From sequence record JX128257: 64,000 bases of DNA. One strand, written 5' to 3'. Within the stretch, counting starts at the first letter, position 1. Every line of letters begins with the position of its first letter. The stretch comes from Escherichia phage ECML-4. Made by a program: the position numbers and the translations under genes. The notes beneath the pieces were generated by a model. That model was not told where the DNA came from, ran no database searches, and worked only from the letters and a program-made list of their open reading frames with translations. Below are positions 30,026-39,545 of the stretch, one piece after another.

Positions 30026-31261
30026 TCATCGTTTCAACAAAGACATGAGGTTTACACTGGTCGACTTCGGATTGTCATCTATCTTCCGGACGGGCATTTT
30101 CAGATTAGTGTAAACCTCAGATGGTTCCCAACGCGTACCCTGCTGCAGGTGCCAAATATGAAGAGGAACACCCGTCTCAAAGAACACAGGCATCTTCCAC
30201 TTCTGGACGCCAGGAACGTGCCCTGCAGGAGCTTTTTCGCATAACAAGGTATCTGGTAGCCAGAGGGAACGGGCTTCCCATAATGCCTTACAGGAGTACT
30301 CAGGCCAGATGCGTTCCATGTAGTCGATCTCATCCCAAGTACGCTCAGCATCCCACCCGATGTAACGAGTGTTTTTCAGACGGAAGAATTTCTTAAGCCA
30401 ACAAGCACCGGAAGTCTCAAAGTTCAAACGATTGATGAACGTGATGTGACCAAACTCGGCGACACAATCTTTGAATGCCTGTTCAAGATCAGCCTCAAGG
30501 ATGTCGCATTCTTCATCGGTGATAGGACAGCCGTTGATCTTTTTCTTTCCGTGCTTGGTCACCCAGTCGTCACGGTTTGACAAGAATGCCGCGCCGTTGC
30601 GGTTGGACTCACTACCATCACGGTCACGCAACATGAACCCAGGGACGTCGATCTGATACATGTTGCCGAATACCATGTTCAGGGCTTCCAGGAAGTTCCA
30701 GGCGCTCAGGCGACCGAAGTATTTCCATCCCATAGCCGTGTCCCATAGCTTAACGAATTGATCACTTTGCAGTTTAGTCTCCAACAACGGACGGAAAGCA
30801 TCCATCTGAGTACGACCAGCTAGCCAATCAATGTAGGACTGAACACACGGGATCATCTTCGATTTGCGATAGCGGCAATCAGTATCGAATCGCATACGCT
30901 CGAAGTTCAGGTTATACCAATCACAGAATCGCTTGAACTCTTGTGGTGACTGAGGCGGTACAGGAAACTCACTATAAATCGTCCATGGGCCAATCCCATT
31001 ATAACAACAGCCCCAAAGGAACGCCATCCAGATCTTGCGCTCGATCTTCTCAAGCTGTGTAATGCCTTCAGTGACTTCAATCGCATAATCCATCAGACGA
31101 ACTTGTTGGTTGTGTTCTTCCGTATACGACAGCGCCTCCACCCATGCTTTGAGCAGATACATCCGATTCTCTGGCTTACGATAATCGATTGACAAATCAA
31201 TTGGGTACTTCCATTCAGCCGGAGGCGTATAACCTGTCGGCATTTTAGATAGATGCGTCAT
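30026..31261 (-). CDS. hypothetical enzyme-sized protein (candidate DNA-modification enzyme)
   Basis: 411 aa, Trp/Cys-rich, no motif recognised; lies beside the P-loop kinase and HAD genes. Confidence 0.3.
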   Translation of the reverse strand: MTHLSKMPTGYTPPAEWKYPIDLSIDYRKPENRMYLLKAWVEALSYTEEHNQQVRLMDYAIEVTEGITQLEKIERKIWMAFLWGCCYNGIGPWTIYSEFPVPPQSPQEFKRFCDWYNLNFERMRFDTDCRYRKSKMIPCVQSYIDWLAGRTQMDAFRPLLETKLQSDQFVKLWDTAMGWKYFGRLSAWNFLEALNMVFGNMYQIDVPGFMLRDRDGSESNRNGAAFLSNRDDWVTKHGKKKINGCPITDEECDILEADLEQAFKDCVAEFGHITFINRLNFETSGACWLKKFFRLKNTRYIGWDAERTWDEIDYMERIWPEYSCKALWEARSLWLPDTLLCEKAPAGHVPGVQKWKMPVFFETGVPLHIWHLQQGTRWEPSEVYTNLKMPVRKIDDNPKSTSVNLMSLLKR

Positions 31262-31595
31262 CCTTCACCTCGGCTTCGAGTTGGATATCTTCAGGGTTTA
31301 AAACGGGCTGGCCCAAAGACCAAATTGGAAGGAACCGACGGTCATTGGATACTACCCAGATTTGCTTGGCGGTTTTCGTTTTTTCAGAAATATAATGCTG
31401 GGCATTAACCTGAGTCCGTGCCAGCCCAATTTGCCGCCATGCACCGAAATCTTTAGAAGATGGATTGGTGTTCAGCTGGAATTGGGGAATGATTTTATTC
31501 TGTTCCGGATAATATCGGACAGCGTTAATCATATTGGCATCGCCACGATAGTCAACAGCAATAGCAATGGCATTGCGTGGAATAAGAATTTTCAT
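31245..31595 (-). CDS. hypothetical protein
   Basis: start moved to the internal Met to abut the upstream stop. Confidence 0.35.
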   Translation of the reverse strand: MKILIPRNAIAIAVDYRGDANMINAVRYYPEQNKIIPQFQLNTNPSSKDFGAWRQIGLARTQVNAQHYISEKTKTAKQIWVVSNDRRFLPIWSLGQPVLNPEDIQLEAEVKDDASI

Positions 31596-31596
31596 T

Positions 31597-31800
31597 TTAA
31601 TTCCTTTTGAAACTTTCAATTATGTTGTAAACGAACGGCGTTAATAAAGCAACACCGCCCGAATAATATAACGCGTAAACATTCAATATTTCGGTTGAGT
31701 CTAATTCAACGATGCCCAAATATTTCATAACACCGACAAGCATAGCTGAAAAGCACATCACCAGACCGACGAACACAAAATATTTAGACATCTTTTTCAT
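31597..31800 (-). CDS. small membrane protein
   Basis: 67 aa, two hydrophobic helices. Confidence 0.35.
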   Translation of the reverse strand: MKKMSKYFVFVGLVMCFSAMLVGVMKYLGIVELDSTEILNVYALYYSGGVALLTPFVYNIIESFKRN

Positions 31801-31803
31801 TAT

Positions 31804-32718
31804 CTACGCCTTACGCATTAGCCCCAGAAGGGACACGGATGAGGTCTTTGGTTCTTCCTTGGCGACGGCCTTGTTTTTAGTTTTGGATGCCTTCTGCGGC
31901 TTCTCAGGCACTCTGTGAGCCAAAGGATCCTGACCGCCGACTTCACGCGTCATCGGATTGGTTTCGCAATAGCCGTAGAAGTCTTTCGACATCAGATTGT
32001 TAGCGCGGCAAACTGTGCCAAGCTGATGATAGATAGCATTACCCACCACCCACAACGGGGCGTCGAACGGCAACATAGCCAATTCGCTATCATTCCCAGT
32101 CTTGAATTCTTGGGTGTTCGTAGCCGTTTGGTGGTACAAAACGTCTTGCCCACTGTAATCATCCACGGCAACATTCCAGCCAAGCGCCAGCATTTCAGCC
32201 TTGGACTTCTCGAACTCCTTGGAGTAAGATTCGTTGCGCGACCAGCCGGAATCCCCCGCTTCTTTACCAGAGCGTCCACGGATGCGGGCATCGTACTGAT
32301 AGCGGTCTGGATATGCAAAGTACAGCAGCGCCAAAGAATCAATCGGATAGTTCTTGAACATCCATTCAGGACGCCACTTGTCCGACAGCATCAGGGGTTC
32401 GCCCTCACACACCAGGGTATATCCCTGAGCCAGCCAACCCTTGACGAGGTCGCGAGCAATATCCCCAGAGCCTGTGGCAGCATGAATGGCGTCCATAGAG
32501 GTCCAAGACGCCAGGCCGGATTTATTGGACACTGTGTATTGGCCGACGAAGATTAACTTCAGCTCTTCAAATTTCAGGCCGAAGGGGCGCGTCTTATCCC
32601 CAACAGTGTACGACAATTCAGTCGGCTTCAGCTTAGTGCGGAGCCACTCGATGAACTGTACGACACGAGTGCCTTTACCCGTGCCGCTGGTTCCTTTGAT
32701 TACGATGATCTTTGCCAT
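31804..32718 (-). CDS. P-loop nucleotide kinase-like protein
   Basis: N-terminal IVIKGTSGTGKGT, an NMP-kinase-style G-x-G-K-G-T P-loop; 304 aa. Confidence 0.5.
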   Translation of the reverse strand: MAKIIVIKGTSGTGKGTRVVQFIEWLRTKLKPTELSYTVGDKTRPFGLKFEELKLIFVGQYTVSNKSGLASWTSMDAIHAATGSGDIARDLVKGWLAQGYTLVCEGEPLMLSDKWRPEWMFKNYPIDSLALLYFAYPDRYQYDARIRGRSGKEAGDSGWSRNESYSKEFEKSKAEMLALGWNVAVDDYSGQDVLYHQTATNTQEFKTGNDSELAMLPFDAPLWVVGNAIYHQLGTVCRANNLMSKDFYGYCETNPMTREVGGQDPLAHRVPEKPQKASKTKNKAVAKEEPKTSSVSLLGLMRKA

Positions 32719-33023
32719 TATGCAGCATCCTCAATGCGCCAACTCACTCCACCCAACCAAGGTGCCCAAAACACGGCAACTTGCGGATGACCATTCTCAA
32801 CAAACTTCACTTTATACTGGTCATCAAAGTTATAGAAAATTTCGTCGTCATCAGGTGCCATACCGTTTTCAATCAGAACTCGTTTTAATTCCAACGCTGC
32901 GCCAACGGAAGTTGGTGGATTCTGATTACGGATGAAGTTGTTTACATGGATAATGATACCATCCATATCACTGTCACCGGAACGCTTGTCAGGGCTTTCT
33001 ACAACTTTATTTTGTTCTTGCAC
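32718..33023 (-). CDS. hypothetical protein
   Basis: 101 aa ORF, 1-nt overlap. Confidence 0.35.
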   Translation of the reverse strand: MQEQNKVVESPDKRSGDSDMDGIIIHVNNFIRNQNPPTSVGAALELKRVLIENGMAPDDDEIFYNFDDQYKVKFVENGHPQVAVFWAPWLGGVSWRIEDAA

Positions 33024-33032
33024 GATGTGCTC

Positions 33033-33875
33033 CTATCGGACATATTGATAATGAGAAACCAGGCGATTCACCACTTCATCGAGGTTACGATTTAAGAAGT
33101 CAAAGTGGTTTTGGCCTTCTACATGCTTAATATAAAGCATATCCTCGCAATTCGAAAGATCCAGTTTTTCATAATTGCCCTGAGGGACGAAGATGACGAA
33201 GATGTTATTCAGGGCACACGGCTCAACATACTTCGGATTGTCGTCGATCAGGACATCGCCAGCAAGCAGATGCTTTTCATCCGTGCTCACGAACCCATTA
33301 ATCAACGATTCAAAGTGATGGTATATGAACTGACGCTTGCTGCGTTCGTGTTCCGGTTCGCATTTTGTAACTGCCACCATTTCCACTTGCTCAAACTTCT
33401 GAAGGAGAGCGGCCTTTAAATTCGTAAGGAATTCAACAGCCCCTGGCAGTGGTGACATTCTGGAATACAGATCAGGCATACGCCACCAATCCATCGGATC
33501 ACGTCCTGTTGGCGAATCCATCCACTGACCAGCAACGAATACACGGCGCGTTAACCAGGCCGGATGCGCGCGTTCACGCATGAGGATCGCCAGATCACCA
33601 GCGTGTGACATATAACACTCTTTGGTGATTGGTTGAAATTCAGATGGGTAGTCGTGACATCCCATATTTTCCGCAGCGGCTTTAGAATTAGAAATATTGA
33701 ACCATTCAACCCACGGCGATAGGGAATCAACCAGAGTCAAATCCACATCCACCAGAACGCGATATAACCCGCCAATTTTAGAACATGCGTCATACAGACC
33801 AACGTGATTATTCATCAGATTTCTCCACATTGTCATAACCCGTTGCGGTGCATTGTTCTTCAGTGCAATCGGCAT
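33033..33875 (-). CDS. HAD-superfamily hydrolase (5'(3')-deoxyribonucleotidase-like)
   Basis: HAD motif I in LVDVDLTLVDS (DxDxT), late DVLIDD; start probably an internal Met because the ORF 5' end overlaps the upstream gene. Confidence 0.5.
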   Translation of the reverse strand: MPIALKNNAPQRVMTMWRNLMNNHVGLYDACSKIGGLYRVLVDVDLTLVDSLSPWVEWFNISNSKAAAENMGCHDYPSEFQPITKECYMSHAGDLAILMRERAHPAWLTRRVFVAGQWMDSPTGRDPMDWWRMPDLYSRMSPLPGAVEFLTNLKAALLQKFEQVEMVAVTKCEPEHERSKRQFIYHHFESLINGFVSTDEKHLLAGDVLIDDNPKYVEPCALNNIFVIFVPQGNYEKLDLSNCEDMLYIKHVEGQNHFDFLNRNLDEVVNRLVSHYQYVR

Positions 33876-34170
33876 ACAGAACCACAGAAGATTCCTTCAC
33901 GTAAGTGGTACAGTGATAGGTTTCATCTTCCTGGATGGAATCATCATAATTGCAAACAGTTTGCAACGGACCAGGAGTGGTGTTGTCCAAAGCTGCATGT
34001 GCCTTGATGGTGTCTTCCATCTTATTCACCGCTTGCTGATTGGTGAACGTCGGCGCATCGAGGTCAACAGTAGACGCAACGTCCAGAAGGGTAGAGCATG
34101 CAGTGGTAGAGAAAGCCAGAGCACACACCAGAAGAATCTTATTGAGTTTCATAACAATACCTGTTGTCAA
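33808..34170 (-). CDS. putative secreted/lipoprotein
   Basis: signal-peptide-like MKLNKILLVCALAFSTTACSTLL with Cys after the hydrophobic core; several further Cys. Confidence 0.4.
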   Translation of the reverse strand: MTTGIVMKLNKILLVCALAFSTTACSTLLDVASTVDLDAPTFTNQQAVNKMEDTIKAHAALDNTTPGPLQTVCNYDDSIQEDETYHCTTYVKESSVVLYADCTEEQCTATGYDNVEKSDE

Positions 34171-34212
34171 AGGGATAACAGGGGGAATTATATCCCCCTT
34201 TGTTTTATTGAA

Positions 34213-37209
34213 TCAACCTTTCTTGCCCATCATGGACAACAGATTAACTCGACGTTTGTGAGACCAACCAACCACGTCTAGAATAGACTGAATCGGCTCT
34301 ATGAAGGTCTTTTCAAACGTGGTGTGGTAATCTACCCACTTATCCAGCCCCAACTCCGGAGGGAGGAAGTCAGGGAAGGCTATGCGGTCGTTCCCCACAG
34401 GGTTCCCAGGTTTCAGGTTAATGATTTTAACCTTATCGCCAGATTCTATCGGCGGGAGACCGAGGTCTTCATGCTTGTCTATCAGCTTGTTGTACATAAT
34501 ACAAGCCTTGGCAGCAAAGTGTGTGCCACTGATATAATTTCCGTTGCCGTCTAACCACTTCTCAATATCACTAACGCCAGAGGCTTGAGCAATATCATCC
34601 ACGGTTAATTCCATATATTCCTTCTTATAACCCGCGATCAATTCCTGAACTTCAGCCTCCGTCCCCAGCAGAACTTTCTCATAGCATTTAACCAGACGCT
34701 CACGACACCATTCCGGCGTTGTAGATTTACGCGCTTCCAGACCTTTGAATTTTATCTTTGGCTTCTCATACTTGATGCCTTCGCTATCGTATACTGCCAT
34801 GCAATACATCTTCTTGGCTCGCCATACAGCAGACGATGCGATGACCTCACGTTCCCAGACCATGCGCTGCTCAAACCCGTTCATGGTATTACACAACAAC
34901 TGCGCCCATTCACTGGTTTTTGGCTGGTAATTCTCTTTGATCCATTGGTCAATGTTATCAACGAGTTTGTGATGATCCTTTTCTTCAGGCCACAATTGCT
35001 TGACCAGACGTTCAATGCAAATGTAGTTGGAGTCAGTATCACCCGCGATAACAAAATCCTGACCAGTAGTGCCGCAAAGTTTGTTCAGATAATCATCGGT
35101 GTGGCGTTTGTTCCATTTGTTGATCAGCTGGCCGGAAGTGGTGATTGCTTCAGCGATGTTGATGTTGAAGTATTCTTTAAACCAGACGTTGGAGATTGCG
35201 CCATAACCTGCGTTCATCAAGATCTTCAGACCTTGTTGTAACGTGTCTTGAGCAACCCCCAGATCTTCCCACTTGTGCATGACTTCAGTCAGGTGATCAA
35301 GATCGATGTGCTTGTGTTCTTCATACCATTCAGGATCGTAGAAACGAGACTTCATGGCGGATTCAAGGTGGAAATCACCTTTAGACATTTCCTTACACCA
35401 ACCAGCCCATTGCTCATACTTCAGGCCAGTTGCTTTCTCTCCTTTACGGTCAGCGTATATGCCTCGCATAATTTCGGAAAGGAAGGACATCTTCTCATTA
35501 CTGAAGAACTGAACGTTCGGGGTAAACGAAACGTTATATCGGCGTAGTGTTTCAAAATGGAATTCGCCCAGCGCGACCAATTCATCAACAACTTGTATGC
35601 GTTCATCAATAGCACGCTGCAACTTGTCGTGAAGATTTTTGAGATGACGACGTTTATTCATCGGCGTTGTCATATCATTCATCGCTTTGGTCAATTCCTC
35701 ACACATGGCCTCAATAATATCACGGCGGGTGTGCTTATCAGAAACGATAGTCTCTGGACCAAGGTTGTATTGCTGTATGATGTGGGGATACAGGGAGTTT
35801 AAGTCCTCAGAGAAGACCCAGAAATATATCCCTGGTGCAACCTCCATGACATATGCGCCTTCAAAATCTGTTGGCCCATCATAGACGCGCTGGATTTTCG
35901 GGACAATCCCCTTCTCATAAAGACGATAATAACACATCGCCAGCCACGGCGCTACAGTGCCGAGACCGTCTTCATAGTTGGATTTAGTGCGATAAGCCAA
36001 TACAAACATCAGCTGTATCAAACGCAGTTTTTGTTCTAAGCGCCACACCAGCTTGACGTCTTTGATACCATATCGCGTATGCTTGCAATAATCATTGAAA
36101 TAAAGGTCATACAATGATTTGCTTTCACTATAATCCAACTTCTTCTCACCGAGTTCACAATAAGCGATCCAGTCCAGTGAGTATTTTTCACGGGTGGTGT
36201 AAGTGTGTTTCTTGTACACTTGCATGTAGTCCATCATTGGACAACCCACAAACTGATAAGACGTGACGTCGCCTTTACGGTCTTTGATGAAACGTTTCTT
36301 CAGTTTACCCCAAGGACTGAGACGTTGGGCTTCAGATTCACCAAGAACCTGCGTAATTCGTTCAACCAAATAGGGGCTATCGAACGTTTCAATGTTCCAC
36401 CCAGTCCAACCGTCAAATTGACGCTGCGACCAGTAATCCAAGAAGGCGCGAAGCAGATCTTGTTCCGTCGTATATTCTTTATATTCAACCTCAAGACCGC
36501 CGACTTCTTCATCATTGGGGTCATATTTGAATTTATGGCGATCCTTGGAACACGGCATGCCCCAGACATAGAATTTATTGGTATTCATATCTTGGAGCTG
36601 TATCAGCGTAATAGGGAACGCCGCATTCATGTTCTGTGTGATTTTACCGTTACTGTCAATTATAGGGAATTGGTCAGTCACGTTGTTGGAAATAAAGGAA
36701 CCAGGGAAATGCTCCCGAACGAAATCATGGTTGGCCAGTACTTGCTTATGGAAACGACGAACCCGCGCCTCGCTGCCTTTAAACGTGTGAGATTCAATCG
36801 TTGCGTGTGGGAATGGACCTTTAGTCATTTCTCCGTCACGCCAACCAGCCGAGAACACTTCGATATCCACGTTGGCGATGTGGATATTTGAATAATCAGG
36901 TGTGATCATCCCAGGAAAACTATGGGCGATGAATTGATATGCATAATCCGTTTGTCCATACACCGCAGCCCCTTCGACCTCCTTGTACTCCTCAAGATAG
37001 TTGTCAGCGTCGCGCATTGATGCAAACTTTTTAGACACCAACGGTTCGTTGAGGAGGCCAATCTTTTCAACTTTGGAATAATCAGCTGTGGGTAAATACA
37101 AGGTGGGTTCGAATTTCTTACGCAACATGCGGCGATTGCCGTTGTCGTCTGCGATACGAATCAGAAGGTCGTTACCCTGTCGGGCAACGTTCGTATAGAA
37201 AACAGTCAT
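34213..37209 (-). CDS. family B DNA polymerase (T4 gp43-like)
   Basis: Exo I NVDIEVF, motif A DLNSLYPHI, motif C AGDTDS; start set to ATG 37209 (MTVFYTN) preceded by GGAGA SD. Confidence 0.9.
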   Translation of the reverse strand: MTVFYTNVARQGNDLLIRIADDNGNRRMLRKKFEPTLYLPTADYSKVEKIGLLNEPLVSKKFASMRDADNYLEEYKEVEGAAVYGQTDYAYQFIAHSFPGMITPDYSNIHIANVDIEVFSAGWRDGEMTKGPFPHATIESHTFKGSEARVRRFHKQVLANHDFVREHFPGSFISNNVTDQFPIIDSNGKITQNMNAAFPITLIQLQDMNTNKFYVWGMPCSKDRHKFKYDPNDEEVGGLEVEYKEYTTEQDLLRAFLDYWSQRQFDGWTGWNIETFDSPYLVERITQVLGESEAQRLSPWGKLKKRFIKDRKGDVTSYQFVGCPMMDYMQVYKKHTYTTREKYSLDWIAYCELGEKKLDYSESKSLYDLYFNDYCKHTRYGIKDVKLVWRLEQKLRLIQLMFVLAYRTKSNYEDGLGTVAPWLAMCYYRLYEKGIVPKIQRVYDGPTDFEGAYVMEVAPGIYFWVFSEDLNSLYPHIIQQYNLGPETIVSDKHTRRDIIEAMCEELTKAMNDMTTPMNKRRHLKNLHDKLQRAIDERIQVVDELVALGEFHFETLRRYNVSFTPNVQFFSNEKMSFLSEIMRGIYADRKGEKATGLKYEQWAGWCKEMSKGDFHLESAMKSRFYDPEWYEEHKHIDLDHLTEVMHKWEDLGVAQDTLQQGLKILMNAGYGAISNVWFKEYFNINIAEAITTSGQLINKWNKRHTDDYLNKLCGTTGQDFVIAGDTDSNYICIERLVKQLWPEEKDHHKLVDNIDQWIKENYQPKTSEWAQLLCNTMNGFEQRMVWEREVIASSAVWRAKKMYCMAVYDSEGIKYEKPKIKFKGLEARKSTTPEWCRERLVKCYEKVLLGTEAEVQELIAGYKKEYMELTVDDIAQASGVSDIEKWLDGNGNYISGTHFAAKACIMYNKLIDKHEDLGLPPIESGDKVKIINLKPGNPVGNDRIAFPDFLPPELGLDKWVDYHTTFEKTFIEPIQSILDVVGWSHKRRVNLLSMMGKKG

Positions 37210-37270
37210 TGTTTGTCTCCGGTTAACCGTGCCGTCAGCACGTCCCCGTAATTTAACCGAGGAACGTTCA

Positions 37271-37861
37271 ATGACCAAGGAGTTTAAAATGGCAATCCCC
37301 TTTGTGAGCATGATTCCAGGGGCGCTAAAGCAACTCTGGAATCTTGGGACTGATTTGGTGCAATATAAGCGGGAAATTGTTCAGGCTAAACACGATGTTA
37401 AACTGGAGGCAATAAAGTCTTCTTCAGAATGGGAACTTTCTAAGATTACCGAAGTCGGCGGATCTTGGAAAGATGAATTCTGGACAATCGTTTTGGCTGT
37501 TCCCGCTATCCTTGTTATGATCGCTCCGGTTGTGGAACTTCTAATGTTCCCCACCGAGTATCATAAAGGGGATTTCATCAAAGCAGTAATTGATGGTATG
37601 CAAGCCCTTGAAACAGCGCCTGATTGGTATACTGCTTCGCTATTGACAGCAATTAGTGCATCATTCGGTATCAAGGGGTACAACCATTACAAAAGCAATA
37701 GCCGGAAGGCGCAAGCTGTGGATGCTCTCAAACAGTTTGGGGTCAAAGTGGTTAACAAAGATCCCACTGTTGTTACTCAGTCGGGTTCTCCCGATCTTGA
37801 GTCTGCTCCCCCAGCTGGGTCTACTGCGACCTCTGGTGCGTGGCCTGATCTGAAGAAATAA
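37271..37861 (+). CDS. membrane protein
   Basis: start at ATG 37271 (GAGGA SD); TM helix FWTIVLAVPAILVMIAPVVELLMF; terminator at 37868. Confidence 0.45.
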   Translation: MTKEFKMAIPFVSMIPGALKQLWNLGTDLVQYKREIVQAKHDVKLEAIKSSSEWELSKITEVGGSWKDEFWTIVLAVPAILVMIAPVVELLMFPTEYHKGDFIKAVIDGMQALETAPDWYTASLLTAISASFGIKGYNHYKSNSRKAQAVDALKQFGVKVVNKDPTVVTQSGSPDLESAPPAGSTATSGAWPDLKK

Positions 37862-37867
37862 GTTCAA

Positions 37868-37890
37868 GGGGAGGAAACTCCCCTTCTTTT
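37868..37890 (+). terminator. rho-independent terminator
   Basis: GGGGAGGAAACTCCCC hairpin followed by TTCTTTT. Confidence 0.6.
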
Positions 37891-37901
37891 GGTGTTAGGG
37901 A

Positions 37902-38114
37902 ATGAAAGTGGTAAACAAGAGATTGCTCGTCACCCAAGGCGGGGCGACGATAGTACGTGGACGGATATATGAACAAACCAAGCTGGGTGATCATAAGACT
38001 CGTCTGACGGTTAAAGCCCCCGACGGCGGTTGGCCAACAAAGGTGATTGTCCCAGACGGCCTCATAGAACGAGGGACGGCGACGTATAAGGGTGCAGAGT
38101 TCAAAATTTATTAA
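37902..38114 (+). CDS. hypothetical small protein
   Basis: 70 aa ORF. Confidence 0.35.
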   Translation: MKVVNKRLLVTQGGATIVRGRIYEQTKLGDHKTRLTVKAPDGGWPTKVIVPDGLIERGTATYKGAEFKIY

Positions 38115-38131
38115 AATATTTATTGAATAAA

Positions 38132-38160
38132 GTTTACTTCTTCAATAACTGGCGTATACT
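38132..38160 (+). promoter_or_regulatory. candidate sigma70-type early promoter
   Basis: GTTTAC (38132-38137), 17-bp spacer, TATACT (38155-38160); about 50 nt upstream of ATG 38210. Confidence 0.3.
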
Positions 38161-38209
38161 TCTAATTGTAGTACGAACAAACAACAATCTGAAGAGAAGG
38201 AAATACATC

Positions 38210-38767
38210 ATGGCAATCGAAATTATCGCTCAATCAAAATCAGGCAAGACTGTAATGTACGGCACTGAAGAAGGCCGCTGTATCATCAACTACGGCACTA
38301 TCACTGGCGAGTCTCCAGAGAAAGGTGGTCGCTATCTGGTTGAGTACGGTTCACGCCTGCTAATGGTAAGCAAAGTCGATGGTCGTGAAATCATGATTCC
38401 TCGTAAAGAATACTTTGACTCACGCTCTGCCGCGATGACTTTCTTCCTCTTCCAGAAACGCCACGAACTCTTCGTTGAAGCGAAAGACGCAGGTCTGGAC
38501 GACGCGACGGCTGAGCTGATTGCCGAAGGTAAAATGACTCTCGAAGCTGCTCTCGGAGACATGGATTGCGAAGCCGAAGCACATTATATTGAATATTCCG
38601 CATATCAGAACGAATGTGAAGATGATCCGGAAGACGACGGATTCGACCCTGACCTCCACGGCGGCGAAGACGATAACACCCCTTCCTTAGAAGTTCTGAT
38701 GGCTGGCGGCCAGGCCGCTTGGGAATGGCAGAACGAGAAGAACGCCTGGCTGGATTCCCGTATCTAA
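38210..38767 (+). CDS. hypothetical protein with acidic C-terminus
   Basis: start at ATG 38210 preceded by AAGGAAATACATC; C-terminal ECEDDPEDDGFDPDLHGGEDD. Confidence 0.45.
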   Translation: MAIEIIAQSKSGKTVMYGTEEGRCIINYGTITGESPEKGGRYLVEYGSRLLMVSKVDGREIMIPRKEYFDSRSAAMTFFLFQKRHELFVEAKDAGLDDATAELIAEGKMTLEAALGDMDCEAEAHYIEYSAYQNECEDDPEDDGFDPDLHGGEDDNTPSLEVLMAGGQAAWEWQNEKNAWLDSRI

Positions 38768-38815
38768 TTGACTGAAGCCCCTTCGGGGGCTTACTTTGAA
38801 CTGAAGGACTATATC

Positions 38816-38968
38816 ATGATTTTAATCTTATGGTTTGTATTCACATTTCTGGCCATGGCCGACATCGGCAAGTATCACGTTCTCCCAAGCGACCTGACCG
38901 TCCTACTATACGGCATAGTTTCGTTTGTGCTGGGTTCCTTGCGCGCCCATATGAGGACTATATCATGA
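38816..38968 (+). CDS. small membrane protein (50 aa)
   Basis: MILILWFVFTFLAMADIGKYHVLPSDLTVLLYGIVSFVLGSL; initiation context AGGACTATATCATGA. Confidence 0.35.
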   Translation: MILILWFVFTFLAMADIGKYHVLPSDLTVLLYGIVSFVLGSLRAHMRTIS

Positions 38969-39510
38969 GCACCCCAAAAACTCCTGTCCGTATCGCTGTT
39001 GAGCCTCTGCTGGTTGATGCTGAGAATGCTGCTGAGCAGTACGCGAACAAAGTCATCAAGAACATAATGGACGATCTGGCCTCCAACGACTGGGACGTCG
39101 AGAAGTGCGCTCCGTGGCCGTCTTCGGTTGGCGTCAAGTTTGGTGATCCAGATTACCAACGAATGAAATCAAAACACGCACTCTACCGTTCTTTGACCCA
39201 GGCAGTGAATCCTTCTTACACACCTGGGAAGCCGGATATTGTCAAAGCTGATCCTGAGCGCCATGCTCTGTTTGTCAAGGAAGCACGTCGAAACGCCGCG
39301 ATGCAGTATGAGTCTTTCATTTGTAAACTGGAAAACAAAATTGGTGGTCACAGCGCGGCTGTACTGAATGGTTCCCATGTATGGGGTTATTCAATCCTGA
39401 CCGTGACTACACCAGAGGGGATCGAGCGCTGGAAGACTCAGACGATTATCAATGTGTCCAAGCTGGGCAAACTCTTTAACCAATATCCAACGAGGAAGGT
39501 GAAGGAGTAA
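38965..39510 (+). CDS. hypothetical protein
   Basis: start at ATG 38965 with the same AGGACTATATCATGA context; ATGA overlap with upstream stop. Confidence 0.45.
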   Translation: MSTPKTPVRIAVEPLLVDAENAAEQYANKVIKNIMDDLASNDWDVEKCAPWPSSVGVKFGDPDYQRMKSKHALYRSLTQAVNPSYTPGKPDIVKADPERHALFVKEARRNAAMQYESFICKLENKIGGHSAAVLNGSHVWGYSILTVTTPEGIERWKTQTIINVSKLGKLFNQYPTRKVKE

Positions 39511-39521
39511 AATTAGAACAA

Positions 39522-39544
39522 CAAAGGGGCTTAATGCCCCTTTG
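39522..39544. terminator. bidirectional terminator between convergent genes
   Basis: CAAAGGGG-CTTAATG-CCCCTTTG hairpin with T-rich flanks on both strands. Confidence 0.5.
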
Positions 39545-39545
39545 T

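Noticed and set aside
36205-36891. 228-aa plus-strand ORF
   Set aside because: Antisense to and wholly inside the DNA polymerase gene. The same applies to other track ORFs embedded antisense in long genes (287-880, 18884-19678, 31915-32556, 40559-41095)
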